This document shows, one piece after another, positions 42,110 through 50,687 of a stretch of DNA of 64,000 bases. The notes beneath the pieces are model-generated. The model ran no database searches and was not told the origin of the DNA. It worked only from the letters and a program-made list of their open reading frames with translations. Source of the DNA: a virus (Duplodnaviria; Heunggongvirae; Uroviricota; Caudoviricetes); the IMG/VR virus record IMGVR_UViG_3300033993_002218, positions 1 through 64,000 of that record; one strand, given 5' to 3'. The translations under genes and the position numbers were made by a program. Position 1 is the first letter of the stretch. Each line of letters begins with the position of its first letter.

Positions 42110-42681
42110 CGTAGTTTCTCCCGTAGCATTCTAACACACTTATTCCATCCATCAGAATTCAGGTCGTGTTCTTTAGGCAACCATTTATCAACCGCACCCA
42201 AAACATCATCAATAAACATAGGTTTGTCAAGTTTACGAAGAGCATCATAAAGTGTCTGTGGTTTTGTTGGTTGATATTCTTTTGCTGAGATGTTTAGATT
42301 ATGAAGAATACCTTTAGAACCGAATAGTTCAAACCATTCACTCCAAGAAGAACATCCATTAGGAGGATTACCTCGTATAATACAGTTAATCATAGATGCT
42401 TCTGCTTTGATTTTATTTGCATCATCCACTAACGATTGGTGTGCTTCATAACCTTTCTTGAAGACAACCCAGAAAGGTTCTCCCATAGGATACTCACCAT
42501 AAGCATCTTTATATGCCTCTTCTGCTGGTGATTTTGTTTCTTCAAGTTTTTGTAGTTTCATTTGAAGGAGAGCAATATCTTCTTTGAGTTGTTGTATTTT
42601 TTCGTTATTTGATTTTTGTTGTTCCATAAGAATTTCATCAGTTATTTGGTTTCTTATATACTCAAATCTATAATCAATCAT
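42106..42681 (-). CDS. hypothetical protein (191 aa). Paralog of 42674..43132.
   Basis: Shared coiled-coil N-terminus and KSP(A/C)EEAYK..YG.YP core. Confidence 0.55.
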   Translation of the reverse strand: MIDYRFEYIRNQITDEILMEQQKSNNEKIQQLKEDIALLQMKLQKLEETKSPAEEAYKDAYGEYPMGEPFWVVFKKGYEAHQSLVDDANKIKAEASMINCIIRGNPPNGCSSWSEWFELFGSKGILHNLNISAKEYQPTKPQTLYDALRKLDKPMFIDDVLGAVDKWLPKEHDLNSDGWNKCVRMLREKLR

Positions 42682-43132
42682 TAAGTCCTCCTAGTTGAGA
42701 TTGATTAAGTTTTACGGTAATTTGTTTGTCGTCTTCATTAATAATATCACAACACTCATAAAGATAATCTATAAAAATTTGGTGCCAATCAAGAATACTA
42801 AACTCATCATCATCAAAGTTAGGAAAATCCTCACCAACTCCATATTTGTATTCACCAAGAAATTGATAAAGAGTTTTGCGTTTTTTTGGTTCTTGTGGAG
42901 TTGGTTGATATGCTCCTACCTTATAATCTTCCTTTGAGGCATTATACCCCTTGCAGAAAACATCCCACCAGACATAAGACATCCCATTACCAATACCAGT
43001 ATCAGGATAATTACCATAAACTCTTTTATATGCCTCTTCACACGGAGATTTGTGCTTCTCCATTTCTTTGAGAAGTTCTAATTTTGCTTGAAGGACTTTT
43101 ATTTCTCCTTCTGTTTTTTCAATTTCCGTCAT
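42674..43132 (-). CDS. hypothetical protein (152 aa). Paralog of 42106..42681.
   Basis: As above. Confidence 0.55.
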   Translation of the reverse strand: MTEIEKTEGEIKVLQAKLELLKEMEKHKSPCEEAYKRVYGNYPDTGIGNGMSYVWWDVFCKGYNASKEDYKVGAYQPTPQEPKKRKTLYQFLGEYKYGVGEDFPNFDDDEFSILDWHQIFIDYLYECCDIINEDDKQITVKLNQSQLGGLND

Positions 43133-43335
43133 TTTAGTTCTGCTTTGAGTTGATTTACAAGGTCTTTTGCTTGATTTAGAAACTCTCTGGATTGATGTGC
43201 CCTACCTTTATGAATGAGCACCCAATCAGGTTTTTCCGTACTTTCAATTACACAACCATTTCCAATCGTTGCCCGTGTGTATTCAATCGCATTCCAAAGT
43301 TGATTCAGTTGTTCTTTGGTGATTTGAGTAGTCAT
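43129..43335 (-). CDS. hypothetical protein (68 aa)
   Basis: ORF track. Confidence 0.45.
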   Translation of the reverse strand: MTTQITKEQLNQLWNAIEYTRATIGNGCVIESTEKPDWVLIHKGRAHQSREFLNQAKDLVNQLKAELK

Positions 43336-43676
43336 TTCAGGTTAAGTAGTTCTTTTTCTTCATCAGTCAAGGAAGCAAGGTCTTTCTTGAGTTGTTTAAG
43401 TTTTCGTTCCTTTGCTTTTACTTTCTCTGCCTTTTCTTTCTCCAATTGCTTCATCCGTTTCTCATACTCTTTGTCGGTTTCTTCCCGATGCTTGTAGAGG
43501 TAATATTCGGTGTATTTTTCACCACCATAATCCCATTCCCAATCACTCTCAATTCCCTCCCAACCAGCATCTAAATCATTTTGGAGTGAAGCAATAATAT
43601 TCTCAAGAGAACCATCAAAGTCCCCCCAGTATTGTTGAGTTTCTTTGACTTGAATTTTTTTAGGTTGGTTAGTCAT
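43332..43676 (-). CDS. hypothetical Lys/Glu-rich protein (114 aa). Shares the C-terminus LTDEEKELLNLK with 43673..43999.
   Basis: A 40 bp direct repeat lies at the two 3' ends. Confidence 0.5.
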   Translation of the reverse strand: MTNQPKKIQVKETQQYWGDFDGSLENIIASLQNDLDAGWEGIESDWEWDYGGEKYTEYYLYKHREETDKEYEKRMKQLEKEKAEKVKAKERKLKQLKKDLASLTDEEKELLNLK

Positions 43677-43999
43677 TTCAGGTTAAGAAGTTCTTTTTCT
43701 TCATCAGTCAAACGATCAATCAGTTCTTGTCGTTTTTGTGCTTTGAGTTCATCTCGTCTTTTTGTTTCCAACTCTTCATCAAGAATACTCATCATAGCAT
43801 CAAAATCATAATCACCTTTATTCCAGGTACTTTCATTCTCATTTGTGATAAAAACTGAATAATGGTAATAATCATCTTCAACCCAAGTATAATAGATTTT
43901 TATCTCAAACCCATCATCTTTTTGTTTGATGTCGTAAGTAGCACCAAGTTTATTTGCTTTGGCAAACAGTTGGAGAAGTTCAGTTGCTAAGATAGTCAT
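43673..43999 (-). CDS. hypothetical protein (108 aa). Shares the C-terminus with 43332..43676.
   Basis: As above. Confidence 0.5.
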   Translation of the reverse strand: MTILATELLQLFAKANKLGATYDIKQKDDGFEIKIYYTWVEDDYYHYSVFITNENESTWNKGDYDFDAMMSILDEELETKRRDELKAQKRQELIDRLTDEEKELLNLK

Positions 44000-44223
44000 T
44001 TCAGTTTCTTTAAAATTTGTTTATATTGATTTACAATTTGTTTATGATAACCAATTCTAAATCCCAATCCTGCCTGAACCAGTCGAATTTCTTTCTCCCA
44101 ATGTTCAATCATCATTTCACAAAGTTCTTCGTGAGTAGGAAGAGGAAGTTTGTCTTCATTATCAAGACCTTCGGTCATATGAACAATAGTCATAAGAGGT
44201 TTCTGGGTGTATAAGAGTATCAT
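43996..44223 (-). CDS. hypothetical protein (75 aa)
   Basis: ORF track. Confidence 0.45.
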   Translation of the reverse strand: MILLYTQKPLMTIVHMTEGLDNEDKLPLPTHEELCEMMIEHWEKEIRLVQAGLGFRIGYHKQIVNQYKQILKKLK

Positions 44224-44275
44224 ACCACTCCCAGAACCCCACAGAGCATCCCCTGTGCCAGTTCTTCAAGTGTCC

Positions 44276-44428
44276 TCACTCATTCACAGGAATACTATAA
44301 ATCTCTACACTCTCTGGAACTACTATTACTCTATTTGTTTCAATAGCAAATCTAATACTATCCCCAAGTTCTTTTTTTAGTTGTGCTGAATAATCTTCAG
44401 GAACTTTTGCGACAATAAGGTTTTCCAT
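44276..44428 (-). CDS. hypothetical small protein (about 50 aa)
   Basis: Hand-translated MENLIVAKVPEDYSAQLKKELGDSIRFAIETNRVIVVPESVEIYSIPVNE. Confidence 0.3.
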   Translation of the reverse strand: MENLIVAKVPEDYSAQLKKELGDSIRFAIETNRVIVVPESVEIYSIPVNE

Positions 44429-44464
44429 AATGATTTTCAAATAACTTTGTGTATTATAGTGGAT

Positions 44465-44617
44465 TTATGTGGGCAAGTCAAGATTTTTGTAAATCGCATC
44501 CACCCATATCTTATCAAAATATTTCCTGTCTTCATCAGTAATCATATTCTCCCTCAAATACTCTTCAAGGGTGGTGTTATTATCATCCAAGAACTTTTGG
44601 ATTTCTTCAAGGTTCAT
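44465..44617 (-). CDS. hypothetical small protein (about 50 aa)
   Basis: Hand-translated MNLEEIQKFLDDNNTTLEEYLRENMITDEDRKYFDKIWVDAIYKNLDLPT. The plus ORF 44447..44656 is its antisense. Confidence 0.3.
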   Translation of the reverse strand: MNLEEIQKFLDDNNTTLEEYLRENMITDEDRKYFDKIWVDAIYKNLDLPT

Positions 44618-44984
44618 AATCATAAACCTCAAAGGTTATTCTTTTACCACAACTGAAACCTCCAATAGCATCAACCTGTAAAGATACACATTTTACTTGT
44701 GCGGTTCCGTTCTTTACTTTTTCTGCCAATTCTAAGAAAGCATCATTCGCACTGTGTTTGTCATAAGATTTGATTGTTGATGCCTTTGTAATACCTGTGT
44801 TTGATGTTGCTACTGATGGAGTTGTGAGATTGGATGCGACTGAATCCCATTTTTTGAATGCGTTCTCAACTTGTGCTAATGTTATTTCACCTTCAAACTC
44901 TTCTGCTTTTATGACTTTTGGTTTTTCTTTTTTCTCTGGGTAAAGTTCAAAATACTTATCCAGCAAAGGATTAGAATTAGTCAT
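44607..44984 (-). CDS. hypothetical protein (125 aa). Paralog of 44977..45282 (MTN..L..KY..YP).
   Basis: ORF track. Confidence 0.5.
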   Translation of the reverse strand: MTNSNPLLDKYFELYPEKKEKPKVIKAEEFEGEITLAQVENAFKKWDSVASNLTTPSVATSNTGITKASTIKSYDKHSANDAFLELAEKVKNGTAQVKCVSLQVDAIGGFSCGKRITFEVYDYEP

Positions 44985-45282
44985 AAGACCTAAACACCTG
45001 AATAGTAATCATTTGCCCCTCATTATACTTCACATATGGATTATAGTCAATATTAGATGATGGTTCAATCCCCCAAAAATAAGAAGGTATAGTATTTGCT
45101 CTCCTATAATTGTCTTTTGCTTCATAGTTCTGAAAAGATGCTTTACCTGTTTTGAGGTCTTCTATCAACTTTTCAAGTTCATAAATGAGTTTCCTGTCCT
45201 CATATCGCAAATGACTGTATGGGTCTTTTGGAGGTTCTGGTTTATAGATTTGGTTATATTTTTCAATTAGGGGATTGGTCAT
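44977..45282 (-). CDS. hypothetical protein (101 aa). Paralog of 44607..44984.
   Basis: ORF track. Confidence 0.5.
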   Translation of the reverse strand: MTNPLIEKYNQIYKPEPPKDPYSHLRYEDRKLIYELEKLIEDLKTGKASFQNYEAKDNYRRANTIPSYFWGIEPSSNIDYNPYVKYNEGQMITIQVFRSYD

Positions 45283-45407
45283 TTCACTTCCTCACTAACT
45301 GGTGTTTCCATAGGTTCAATAAGTAAAACAGTTGCATCGGGGGATGTTTCTGCAGTCAAAAGAGGTTCCCATTTTTTTATAAGTTTTTGAGTTTCTTCTT
45401 CAGTCAT
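45279..45407 (-). CDS. hypothetical small protein (about 42 aa)
   Basis: Hand-translated MTEEETQKLIKKWEPLLTAETSPDATVLLIEPMETPVSEEVK. ATGA overlaps. Confidence 0.3.
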   Translation of the reverse strand: MTEEETQKLIKKWEPLLTAETSPDATVLLIEPMETPVSEEVK

Positions 45408-45538
45408 TCTTCATCCTCAATATTTCCCCAACGATTGAGTGCCTCACGGACAGTATTTCTAACTTCGGGATAAAGATTGTAATACCCTCCAATCTCATCC
45501 CAAAGTTCATCAATTTGTTCGTCGGTTGGTTCAGTCAT
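45404..45538 (-). CDS. hypothetical small protein (about 44 aa)
   Basis: Hand-translated MTEPTDEQIDELWDEIGGYYNLYPEVRNTVREALNRWGNIEDEE. Confidence 0.3.
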   Translation of the reverse strand: MTEPTDEQIDELWDEIGGYYNLYPEVRNTVREALNRWGNIEDEE

Positions 45539-45722
45539 CTTTCTTTATCACAAAATTAACTGGAATGTAGTCTATTGATTTATAAGATATAACCGTAACA
45601 TTCACCACACCATTCTCAATATCTTGTGCTGTATTATTCGTTTCGTCGCAGATTATCTTGTAATTACCAGATAAAAAAGATTGTCTTATTTCCTCAAGTT
45701 GTTTACGTTGTTCTTCAGTCAT
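45531..45722 (-). CDS. hypothetical protein (63 aa)
   Basis: ORF track. Confidence 0.45.
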   Translation of the reverse strand: MTEEQRKQLEEIRQSFLSGNYKIICDETNNTAQDIENGVVNVTVISYKSIDYIPVNFVIKKDD

Positions 45723-46222
45723 TTTAAATCCTCCTCATCAATAAGAATAACAGTTTCAAAAGCAAGTTCCTTACAAAGACCACAGTGATTTCCAAACTTC
45801 TCCATCAAATCCCACATTTGAAATTCACAGTATCCATTCTCATCTTCTTTAGGTGGTTCATAAGGAAACTTATTCAATTTACCGTGAGAGTTCCAAAAAT
45901 CTTCCCACCGTTTCTTATGAAGTTCTTTACCGAACTTTGTGAGACGAACCTTGACAGTTTCGTTAATGTTGAAGGATTTCATTTCACAATATTTCACAGG
46001 TGATTTTGAGATTACGGGAGAAATACAAGGAATAGTATTAGGAGAAGTGAGAGGAGTATAATGAGGAGGAGTATAAACTAATGGAGATTTACTCAAATAC
46101 TCTTCTACAATATTACAATCCCAAGCATCCTCATAAAACTGCTTACCATAGAAAATAGCATCTTTCCTTTCTGGAAATGCTGCTACAAATGTGTCTTTAT
46201 AATAGAGTGAATAAACTTTCAT
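45719..46222 (-). CDS. hypothetical protein (167 aa)
   Basis: ORF track. Confidence 0.55.
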   Translation of the reverse strand: MKVYSLYYKDTFVAAFPERKDAIFYGKQFYEDAWDCNIVEEYLSKSPLVYTPPHYTPLTSPNTIPCISPVISKSPVKYCEMKSFNINETVKVRLTKFGKELHKKRWEDFWNSHGKLNKFPYEPPKEDENGYCEFQMWDLMEKFGNHCGLCKELAFETVILIDEEDLK

Positions 46223-46587
46223 CGTCCAAACCTATTGTAAAGATAAACCTGTGCCCGTCCCTTCGTTGAAACCACAATATCATAACCAAGTTTATTGATA
46301 ATCTTTTCTAATCTTTCTCTGTGAAAACTAACACCATCCCAGGTATGAGGATAATGGTCAATAAACTCCACACTCTTACCAGGATTTTCAAGTGCTTCTG
46401 TGATTGCTTTCATATACAGAGCAGTGGTTCTTCCAGTTCCTCTGGTTGTTTCTTGTTCGTATTTGTTTAGAACCCGATCTAATTTTTCGGAAATTGGGAG
46501 TGGAAATATATCAAAATCAATAAAATCACTCACGTTATTGAGAGTTTCATAAAGGTCTTGAGCAAGTTGTTTGTAATTGGCAGTCAT
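46219..46587 (-). CDS. hypothetical protein (122 aa)
   Basis: ORF track. Confidence 0.5.
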   Translation of the reverse strand: MTANYKQLAQDLYETLNNVSDFIDFDIFPLPISEKLDRVLNKYEQETTRGTGRTTALYMKAITEALENPGKSVEFIDHYPHTWDGVSFHRERLEKIINKLGYDIVVSTKGRAQVYLYNRFGR

Positions 46588-46802
46588 TTACAATCCCTCT
46601 CTGGGTCAAAGTCAATATATTCTGTCGTAGTTCTCCTCACATAATCACAAAGTTCCTTCTGTGCTACTTCAAGTGAAAAAAAGGAACCATCATTATAAGG
46701 TTCACACTTGAATGGATTATACCACCAAAACAGAAACTTTACCTGTGGATAATACCTTATGCGGTCTCCTTTGGTTTTTTTGACGATACGATACTTATTC
46801 AT
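46584..46802 (-). CDS. hypothetical protein (72 aa)
   Basis: ORF track. Confidence 0.45.
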   Translation of the reverse strand: MNKYRIVKKTKGDRIRYYPQVKFLFWWYNPFKCEPYNDGSFFSLEVAQKELCDYVRRTTTEYIDFDPERDCK

Positions 46803-47014
46803 TTTGTTCCAGGAGCATAGAGGTGTTTATAATCTTTATTTTCCGTGCTTCGTATCCCCGTATCAAACAATTTTTTAAGTTCGTGATAAACAAGCACCAG
46901 TTCTTTATCAGGTGTTAGACATCCACTATCCCTTTCAGTTCGTAGAAGTTGATAGAGTTCTTGTGCTTGTTCCTCTGTGAGTTCCAAAACATACGATTTT
47001 TTGATTTGTATCAT
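46799..47014 (-). CDS. hypothetical protein (71 aa)
   Basis: ORF track. Confidence 0.45.
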   Translation of the reverse strand: MIQIKKSYVLELTEEQAQELYQLLRTERDSGCLTPDKELVLVYHELKKLFDTGIRSTENKDYKHLYAPGTK

Positions 47015-47100
47015 TTGAGTGAGGGGTTATTCATAAGGTTATTATACAACAAAAAAGGTGCCCTGTAAAGGCACCTTGTTCCAGTTCGTCAAGTGTCCTT
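47015..47100 (-). promoter_or_regulatory. intergenic cassette (type A) with a classic terminator
   Basis: Minus strand: GGACACTTGACGAACTGGAACA box, hairpin AGGTGCC-TTTACAG-GGCACCT, TTTTTTGTTG run, then TATAAT. Confidence 0.6.
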
Positions 47101-47104
47101 TATG

Positions 47105-47251
47105 CTACTGCTCTGACCAATCTTTCAGTTCATATGCCTCTTCTTCATCCCAACAGAACCCAGTAAGAAGTTCAATAATCTCCTTTACAGGAACATCAGT
47201 TTCTTTGGAAATGGTTTCCAGTGCTTCAATCAGTTTAGTGTTTTCAGTCAT
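47105..47251 (-). CDS. hypothetical small acidic protein (about 48 aa)
   Basis: Hand-translated MTENTKLIEALETISKETDVPVKEIIELLTGFCWDEEEAYELKDWSEQ. ATGA overlap upstream. Confidence 0.3.
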   Translation of the reverse strand: MTENTKLIEALETISKETDVPVKEIIELLTGFCWDEEEAYELKDWSEQ

Positions 47252-47484
47252 CGTTCTACTCGGTTGATAGATTGTTCGTGTGAGATTTTAGTGGAGGTTG
47301 GTTGAGAAACAGTAAGAGTGTTGTTTCTATAAGTGTATGTAATTTCTCCTGTTTCCTTATTCATAAGATATGCCCAGTCAGTTGGAATTGTATCACAACA
47401 ATCCCGAAACTTTTCAGTTGAAGATACTTCCATCACAATAGGAAGATTGTTAGAGTGATGATAAAAGATTGCTACAAGAGTCAT
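47248..47484 (-). CDS. hypothetical protein (78 aa)
   Basis: ORF track. Confidence 0.45.
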   Translation of the reverse strand: MTLVAIFYHHSNNLPIVMEVSSTEKFRDCCDTIPTDWAYLMNKETGEITYTYRNNTLTVSQPTSTKISHEQSINRVER

Positions 47485-47726
47485 TGTGGGTCTCCTACAA
47501 GTCCAGTTGGTCCAGTTGGATAAGATGAGTTGAAGTATTCTGCTTCTTCACGACTTTCCCAACCATTTTCATTACCCATTTCGTAGATTGCTCGGGCAAA
47601 CTTCAAGATGTCTTCACTTTTCCCAGACCACTCTACAACTGACATATTACAATAAAGATGTTGAGAGGCAATTTCAAGGATTTGTTCGTTGGTAATCATT
47701 ATTGTCCTCCTGTTGCTTGAAAACAA
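47481..47726 (-). CDS. hypothetical protein (81 aa). C-terminal motif TGLVGDPQ is shared with 54825..55052.
   Basis: ORF track. Confidence 0.45.
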   Translation of the reverse strand: MFSSNRRTIMITNEQILEIASQHLYCNMSVVEWSGKSEDILKFARAIYEMGNENGWESREEAEYFNSSYPTGPTGLVGDPQ

Positions 47727-47881
47727 CCATCATATCCATCATTCCAACCTTTTTCATAAGCAAGTTTAGCAACTCGGGCACCAAACTCCATTGGAGAAGG
47801 TTCAAAGGGGGGTGGAAGACCCTCATCTACTCTTTGCTTTCTCATTCTATTCCAAAGTTGAAAAAGTTCGTCTTCAGTCAT
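47699..47881 (-). CDS. hypothetical protein (60 aa). C-terminal motif DGCFQATGGQ is shared with 52023..52184.
   Basis: ORF track. Confidence 0.45.
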   Translation of the reverse strand: MTEDELFQLWNRMRKQRVDEGLPPPFEPSPMEFGARVAKLAYEKGWNDGYDGCFQATGGQ

Positions 47882-48123
47882 TGGATTACAGTCTTAACAG
47901 TTACTTTTTGAGGTTCGTATGCTACAATATAATAATCTGGAACGTAATCTTTATTATTCTGCTTGTTGGTATCTACATACTCCTCATATGCTTCCTCATA
48001 AGAATCAAAGAACGCATCCCAAGTATCCTGTCCCCATCCTCGCTCGGATTCACGATAGGAAACTTTCCAAATGTCTTTAGTGTTTTCCAGTTCAATTACT
48101 TGTTCTTCTGTCAGTCTGGGCAT
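47878..48123 (-). CDS. hypothetical acidic protein (81 aa)
   Basis: ORF track. Confidence 0.45.
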   Translation of the reverse strand: MPRLTEEQVIELENTKDIWKVSYRESERGWGQDTWDAFFDSYEEAYEEYVDTNKQNNKDYVPDYYIVAYEPQKVTVKTVIQ

Positions 48124-48205
48124 TTGAACCTCCTTTGTTTGTCCTACTATTATAAGGCAAAAAGGGCACCTGTGGAGTGACCTTGTGCCAGTTCTTCAAG
48201 TGTCC

Positions 48206-48808
48206 TTATTCTATTTTTATTCTATTACAAGTATTAATTCCTCTATGTTTTTGATAATTTGACAAAGCACCAGGATTTGCTATGTATCCAGTGATAGTGC
48301 ATTGCCATTTCTGTGATATAGTTTTTTTACAATTTTTTGACCTTTCTTCTTTTGTCAGTCCCCAAAATCCAACACCAAGTTCTTTTTGAACCTGATGTCC
48401 TTTTCTACGAACAGCATCTCTTTCTTCCTTTGTCTGTGCGTGTATTCCTACTTTGTTTTTATAGTTTAGTTTTCCAGATTTTCCTCCACCAATCTTCCCC
48501 GCAATAGAACAAGATTTTATAGAAAAAATACAACCACAATTTTCATTCAAACACCAATTATCATTCAAAACATATGATATTATTCTTTTTTCAATTTTAT
48601 TTCCACTCAACCATCCTTCGTCAGTATATGGAAAAACTTCAAGTATTTGTTTCTTTGGTGTATAGAGTTCCCAACACCATTTGTTTGTTATAGGAGAACC
48701 CATATAATATTCATTATATTTTTTTTCCTTATGAACTCCATAGTAATAATATGGTACTTCTTCAAAAGTAATCTTATACAAATATATTCTTGGACTTTGA
48801 TAAGTCAT
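48206..48808 (-). CDS. putative GIY-YIG homing endonuclease (Seg-like), 200 aa
   Basis: N-terminal RIYLYKITFEEVPYYYYGV fits GIY-(10)-YIG spacing. Basic C-terminal half. The segment is markedly AT-rich. A free-standing gene between cassettes. Confidence 0.5.
   Translation of the reverse strand: MTYQSPRIYLYKITFEEVPYYYYGVHKEKKYNEYYMGSPITNKWCWELYTPKKQILEVFPYTDEGWLSGNKIEKRIISYVLNDNWCLNENCGCIFSIKSCSIAGKIGGGKSGKLNYKNKVGIHAQTKEERDAVRRKGHQVQKELGVGFWGLTKEERSKNCKKTISQKWQCTITGYIANPGALSNYQKHRGINTCNRIKIE
48206..48808 (-). mobile_element. candidate free-standing homing endonuclease gene
   Basis: Same evidence as the CDS. It has its own flanking terminator hairpin at 48850-48877. Confidence 0.4.
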
Positions 48809-48849
48809 TTCTATTCTACTGGTACTGCATTACTATTTATGAGAGTTCA

Positions 48850-48877
48850 TAATAGAAAAGGTGCCCGAAAGCACCTA
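48850..48877 (-). terminator. intrinsic terminator (minus strand)
   Basis: AGGTGC-tttcgg-GCACCT then TTTTCTATT on the minus strand. Confidence 0.55.
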
Positions 48878-48918
48878 ATCTGTCCGTAGAGAATTGCAGT
48901 ACCAACAGACATTCTTAT

Positions 48919-49092
48919 TTATGCTTCAATCTCCTCTGCTTTTACCCATTCGGCAGTTCTCCATTCAGACCATTTCATATCAGGATTTGGTGGGCACAAA
49001 TAACCACCCTGACCAATAGGAAACAACATAAAACGATACTGAATATCTGGTTTCATTCCCAGTTCGTGTTCTACAATTCGTAGTTCAATCAT
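48919..49092 (-). CDS. hypothetical small protein (about 57 aa)
   Basis: Hand-translated MIELRIVEHELGMKPDIQYRFMLFPIGQGGYLCPPNPDMKWSEWRTAEWVKAEEIEA. ATGA overlap upstream. Confidence 0.3.
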   Translation of the reverse strand: MIELRIVEHELGMKPDIQYRFMLFPIGQGGYLCPPNPDMKWSEWRTAEWVKAEEIEA

Positions 49093-49379
49093 AAAACCTC
49101 CACTACTTTTCCAAATACACTTTTAGTCCATCCGTTAATTCTACCCTTATTATTTCCAATTAGACATCCTTTATTCACATCTACTGCCTTCACCAAGTGT
49201 GTATAAAACTTTCCATTCACCTTACAATATACAATATCTCCCACTTCTACATCCTCAACAGATGCAGGGGATAATTTATGCTCTTGTCCTGAATGAATGA
49301 GGGGAACCATAGAGTTTCCTTTCTCACTCGTTACAAATGTTTCTCCATTTTGGAGTTTTTCTAATTTATAGTTTCTCAT
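49089..49379 (-). CDS. S24-family (LexA/UmuD/CI-like) peptidase domain protein, 96 aa
   Basis: GNSMVPLIHSGQ resembles the GDSMxPxIxxGD serine motif. A downstream K (TKSVFGKVV) fits the Ser-Lys dyad. Single domain, no helix-turn-helix. Confidence 0.5.
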   Translation of the reverse strand: MRNYKLEKLQNGETFVTSEKGNSMVPLIHSGQEHKLSPASVEDVEVGDIVYCKVNGKFYTHLVKAVDVNKGCLIGNNKGRINGWTKSVFGKVVEVL

Positions 49380-49402
49380 TATTGTAGCACGAAATGTAGG
49401 AT

Positions 49403-49576
49403 TTACTCATTATTTAACACTTCATCAAGTTCTTGAATATTACTCTCAAATTTTATAAATTTCAAGTTATTCAACATCTCAAAAAGTTCAGTTTTCTCAT
49501 CGTTCCATTTTTGAATGCTTGAGGGATAATTTTGGTTTTTAGATTTGATGATTTTTGGATTATCCGGTTTAGTCAT
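49403..49576 (-). CDS. hypothetical small protein (about 57 aa)
   Basis: Hand-translated MTKPDNPKIIKSKNQNYPSSIQKWNDEKTELFEMLNNLKFIKFESNIQELDEVLNNE. Confidence 0.3.
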   Translation of the reverse strand: MTKPDNPKIIKSKNQNYPSSIQKWNDEKTELFEMLNNLKFIKFESNIQELDEVLNNE

Positions 49577-49764
49577 TTCTGGTTCTCTTGAAGTTTTAGA
49601 TAATCATAAGAAATCTTACATTCCTTTTGATGTTCCATACAGAACACAATACCCTCTTGCTTTCCTTTATCATTACCACCCTCCATACCAAAAACATACA
49701 TAACGGGCATAAAAAGCATAAGGGCAATAATCGCGATTACAGCACCAGCATCGGGGTTATTCAT
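49573..49764 (-). CDS. small membrane protein (63 aa, trimmed start MNNPD)
   Basis: AVIAIIALMLFMPVMYVFG transmembrane helix. ATGA overlap upstream. Confidence 0.45.
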   Translation of the reverse strand: MNNPDAGAVIAIIALMLFMPVMYVFGMEGGNDKGKQEGIVFCMEHQKECKISYDYLKLQENQK

Positions 49765-49982
49765 TTCACATAATCTCCAATCACAGGAACAGCACCACAA
49801 ATATCATTCACTCTTGCTACTGTTTGTCCTTTGAGTGCTTGACGACACTCCAAGTTCTTATTATATGTTTGTTGAAAGAGTGCTCGTTGTTGTTGGGCAT
49901 CATAAGTAATAACACCAGCAGCAACGATTACAAAAACAAATACAGACAAAACTGCCCAATCAATAGTTTCAAAGTTTTTCAT
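49761..49982 (-). CDS. small membrane protein (73 aa)
   Basis: WAVLSVFVFVIVAAGVI transmembrane helix. Confidence 0.45.
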   Translation of the reverse strand: MKNFETIDWAVLSVFVFVIVAAGVITYDAQQQRALFQQTYNKNLECRQALKGQTVARVNDICGAVPVIGDYVK

Positions 49983-50166
49983 TCAATTCTCCATTAATAA
50001 TGTTTTTAATGTTATTATACTTGATTTTATCAATTTCTTCATCTACCCACTTCTTCATACCCTCATTCATACTTTTGAGTGCTTTATCCCAATCAGACCC
50101 AGAAGAAGTGATTGTGATTCTTGATACTTTACCCTCTTCATTGAGTTCAAATTCTGGTTCAGTCAT
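49969..50166 (-). CDS. hypothetical protein (65 aa)
   Basis: ORF track. Confidence 0.45.
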   Translation of the reverse strand: MTEPEFELNEEGKVSRITITSSGSDWDKALKSMNEGMKKWVDEEIDKIKYNNIKNIINGELNEKL

Positions 50167-50330
50167 CGTTCAGCAACCACAATAAAGTCATTCATAGAAA
50201 TACTCCTCTTACTTTTAGCAAGAATACCTTGATTGGGAAAATAAGGAACTGCTACAAGATTATAGAATGGTCTCAACTGCTCATAGAGAGTATAAAGGTG
50301 TCCGTCTTTCTTGTATCGGTAGAGTTTCAT
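50163..50330 (-). CDS. hypothetical small protein (about 56 aa)
   Basis: Hand-translated MKLYRYKKDGHLYTLYEQLRPFYNLVAVPYFPNQGILAKSKRSISMNDFIVVAER. Confidence 0.3.
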   Translation of the reverse strand: MKLYRYKKDGHLYTLYEQLRPFYNLVAVPYFPNQGILAKSKRSISMNDFIVVAER

Positions 50331-50503
50331 AGTGCCTCCACATTATAGGAAAGACGATTTAGATAATCTACAGCAGGGTCAAAGTAGAGTTGGTCAGCAA
50401 CCTCACGGATTGCCGATGCCAGTGCTTCCTTCATATCATCTGTGGGTTCCACAATCAATTCTGCCTTGAATGCTTCCCAAACTTTGTATGCTGCGTCAGT
50501 CAT
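50327..50503 (-). CDS. hypothetical small protein (about 58 aa)
   Basis: Hand-translated MTDAAYKVWEAFKAELIVEPTDDMKEALASAIREVADQLYFDPAVDYLNRLSYNVEAL. Confidence 0.3.
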   Translation of the reverse strand: MTDAAYKVWEAFKAELIVEPTDDMKEALASAIREVADQLYFDPAVDYLNRLSYNVEAL

Positions 50504-50687
50504 AAGTCCTCATCAATCGTGAATAAGAGTAGTTCCAAGTAGAAGGGTCTTCTGGGTCAAAAGGGTTCTTGTATTCTTTTGGTTCATAAGGTTCATAAGG
50601 TTCTGGTGTATATTGGAAGAGTTTAGAAGCAAGATAAGAACCAAGACAAGGAAACAGAAACCAAAGAAGAGCAGATGTAAGGGTCAT
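50496..50687 (-). CDS. small membrane protein (63 aa, trimmed start MTLTS)
   Basis: LLWFLFPCLGSYLASKLF transmembrane helix. ATGA overlap upstream. Confidence 0.45.
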   Translation of the reverse strand: MTLTSALLWFLFPCLGSYLASKLFQYTPEPYEPYEPKEYKNPFDPEDPSTWNYSYSRLMRTYD

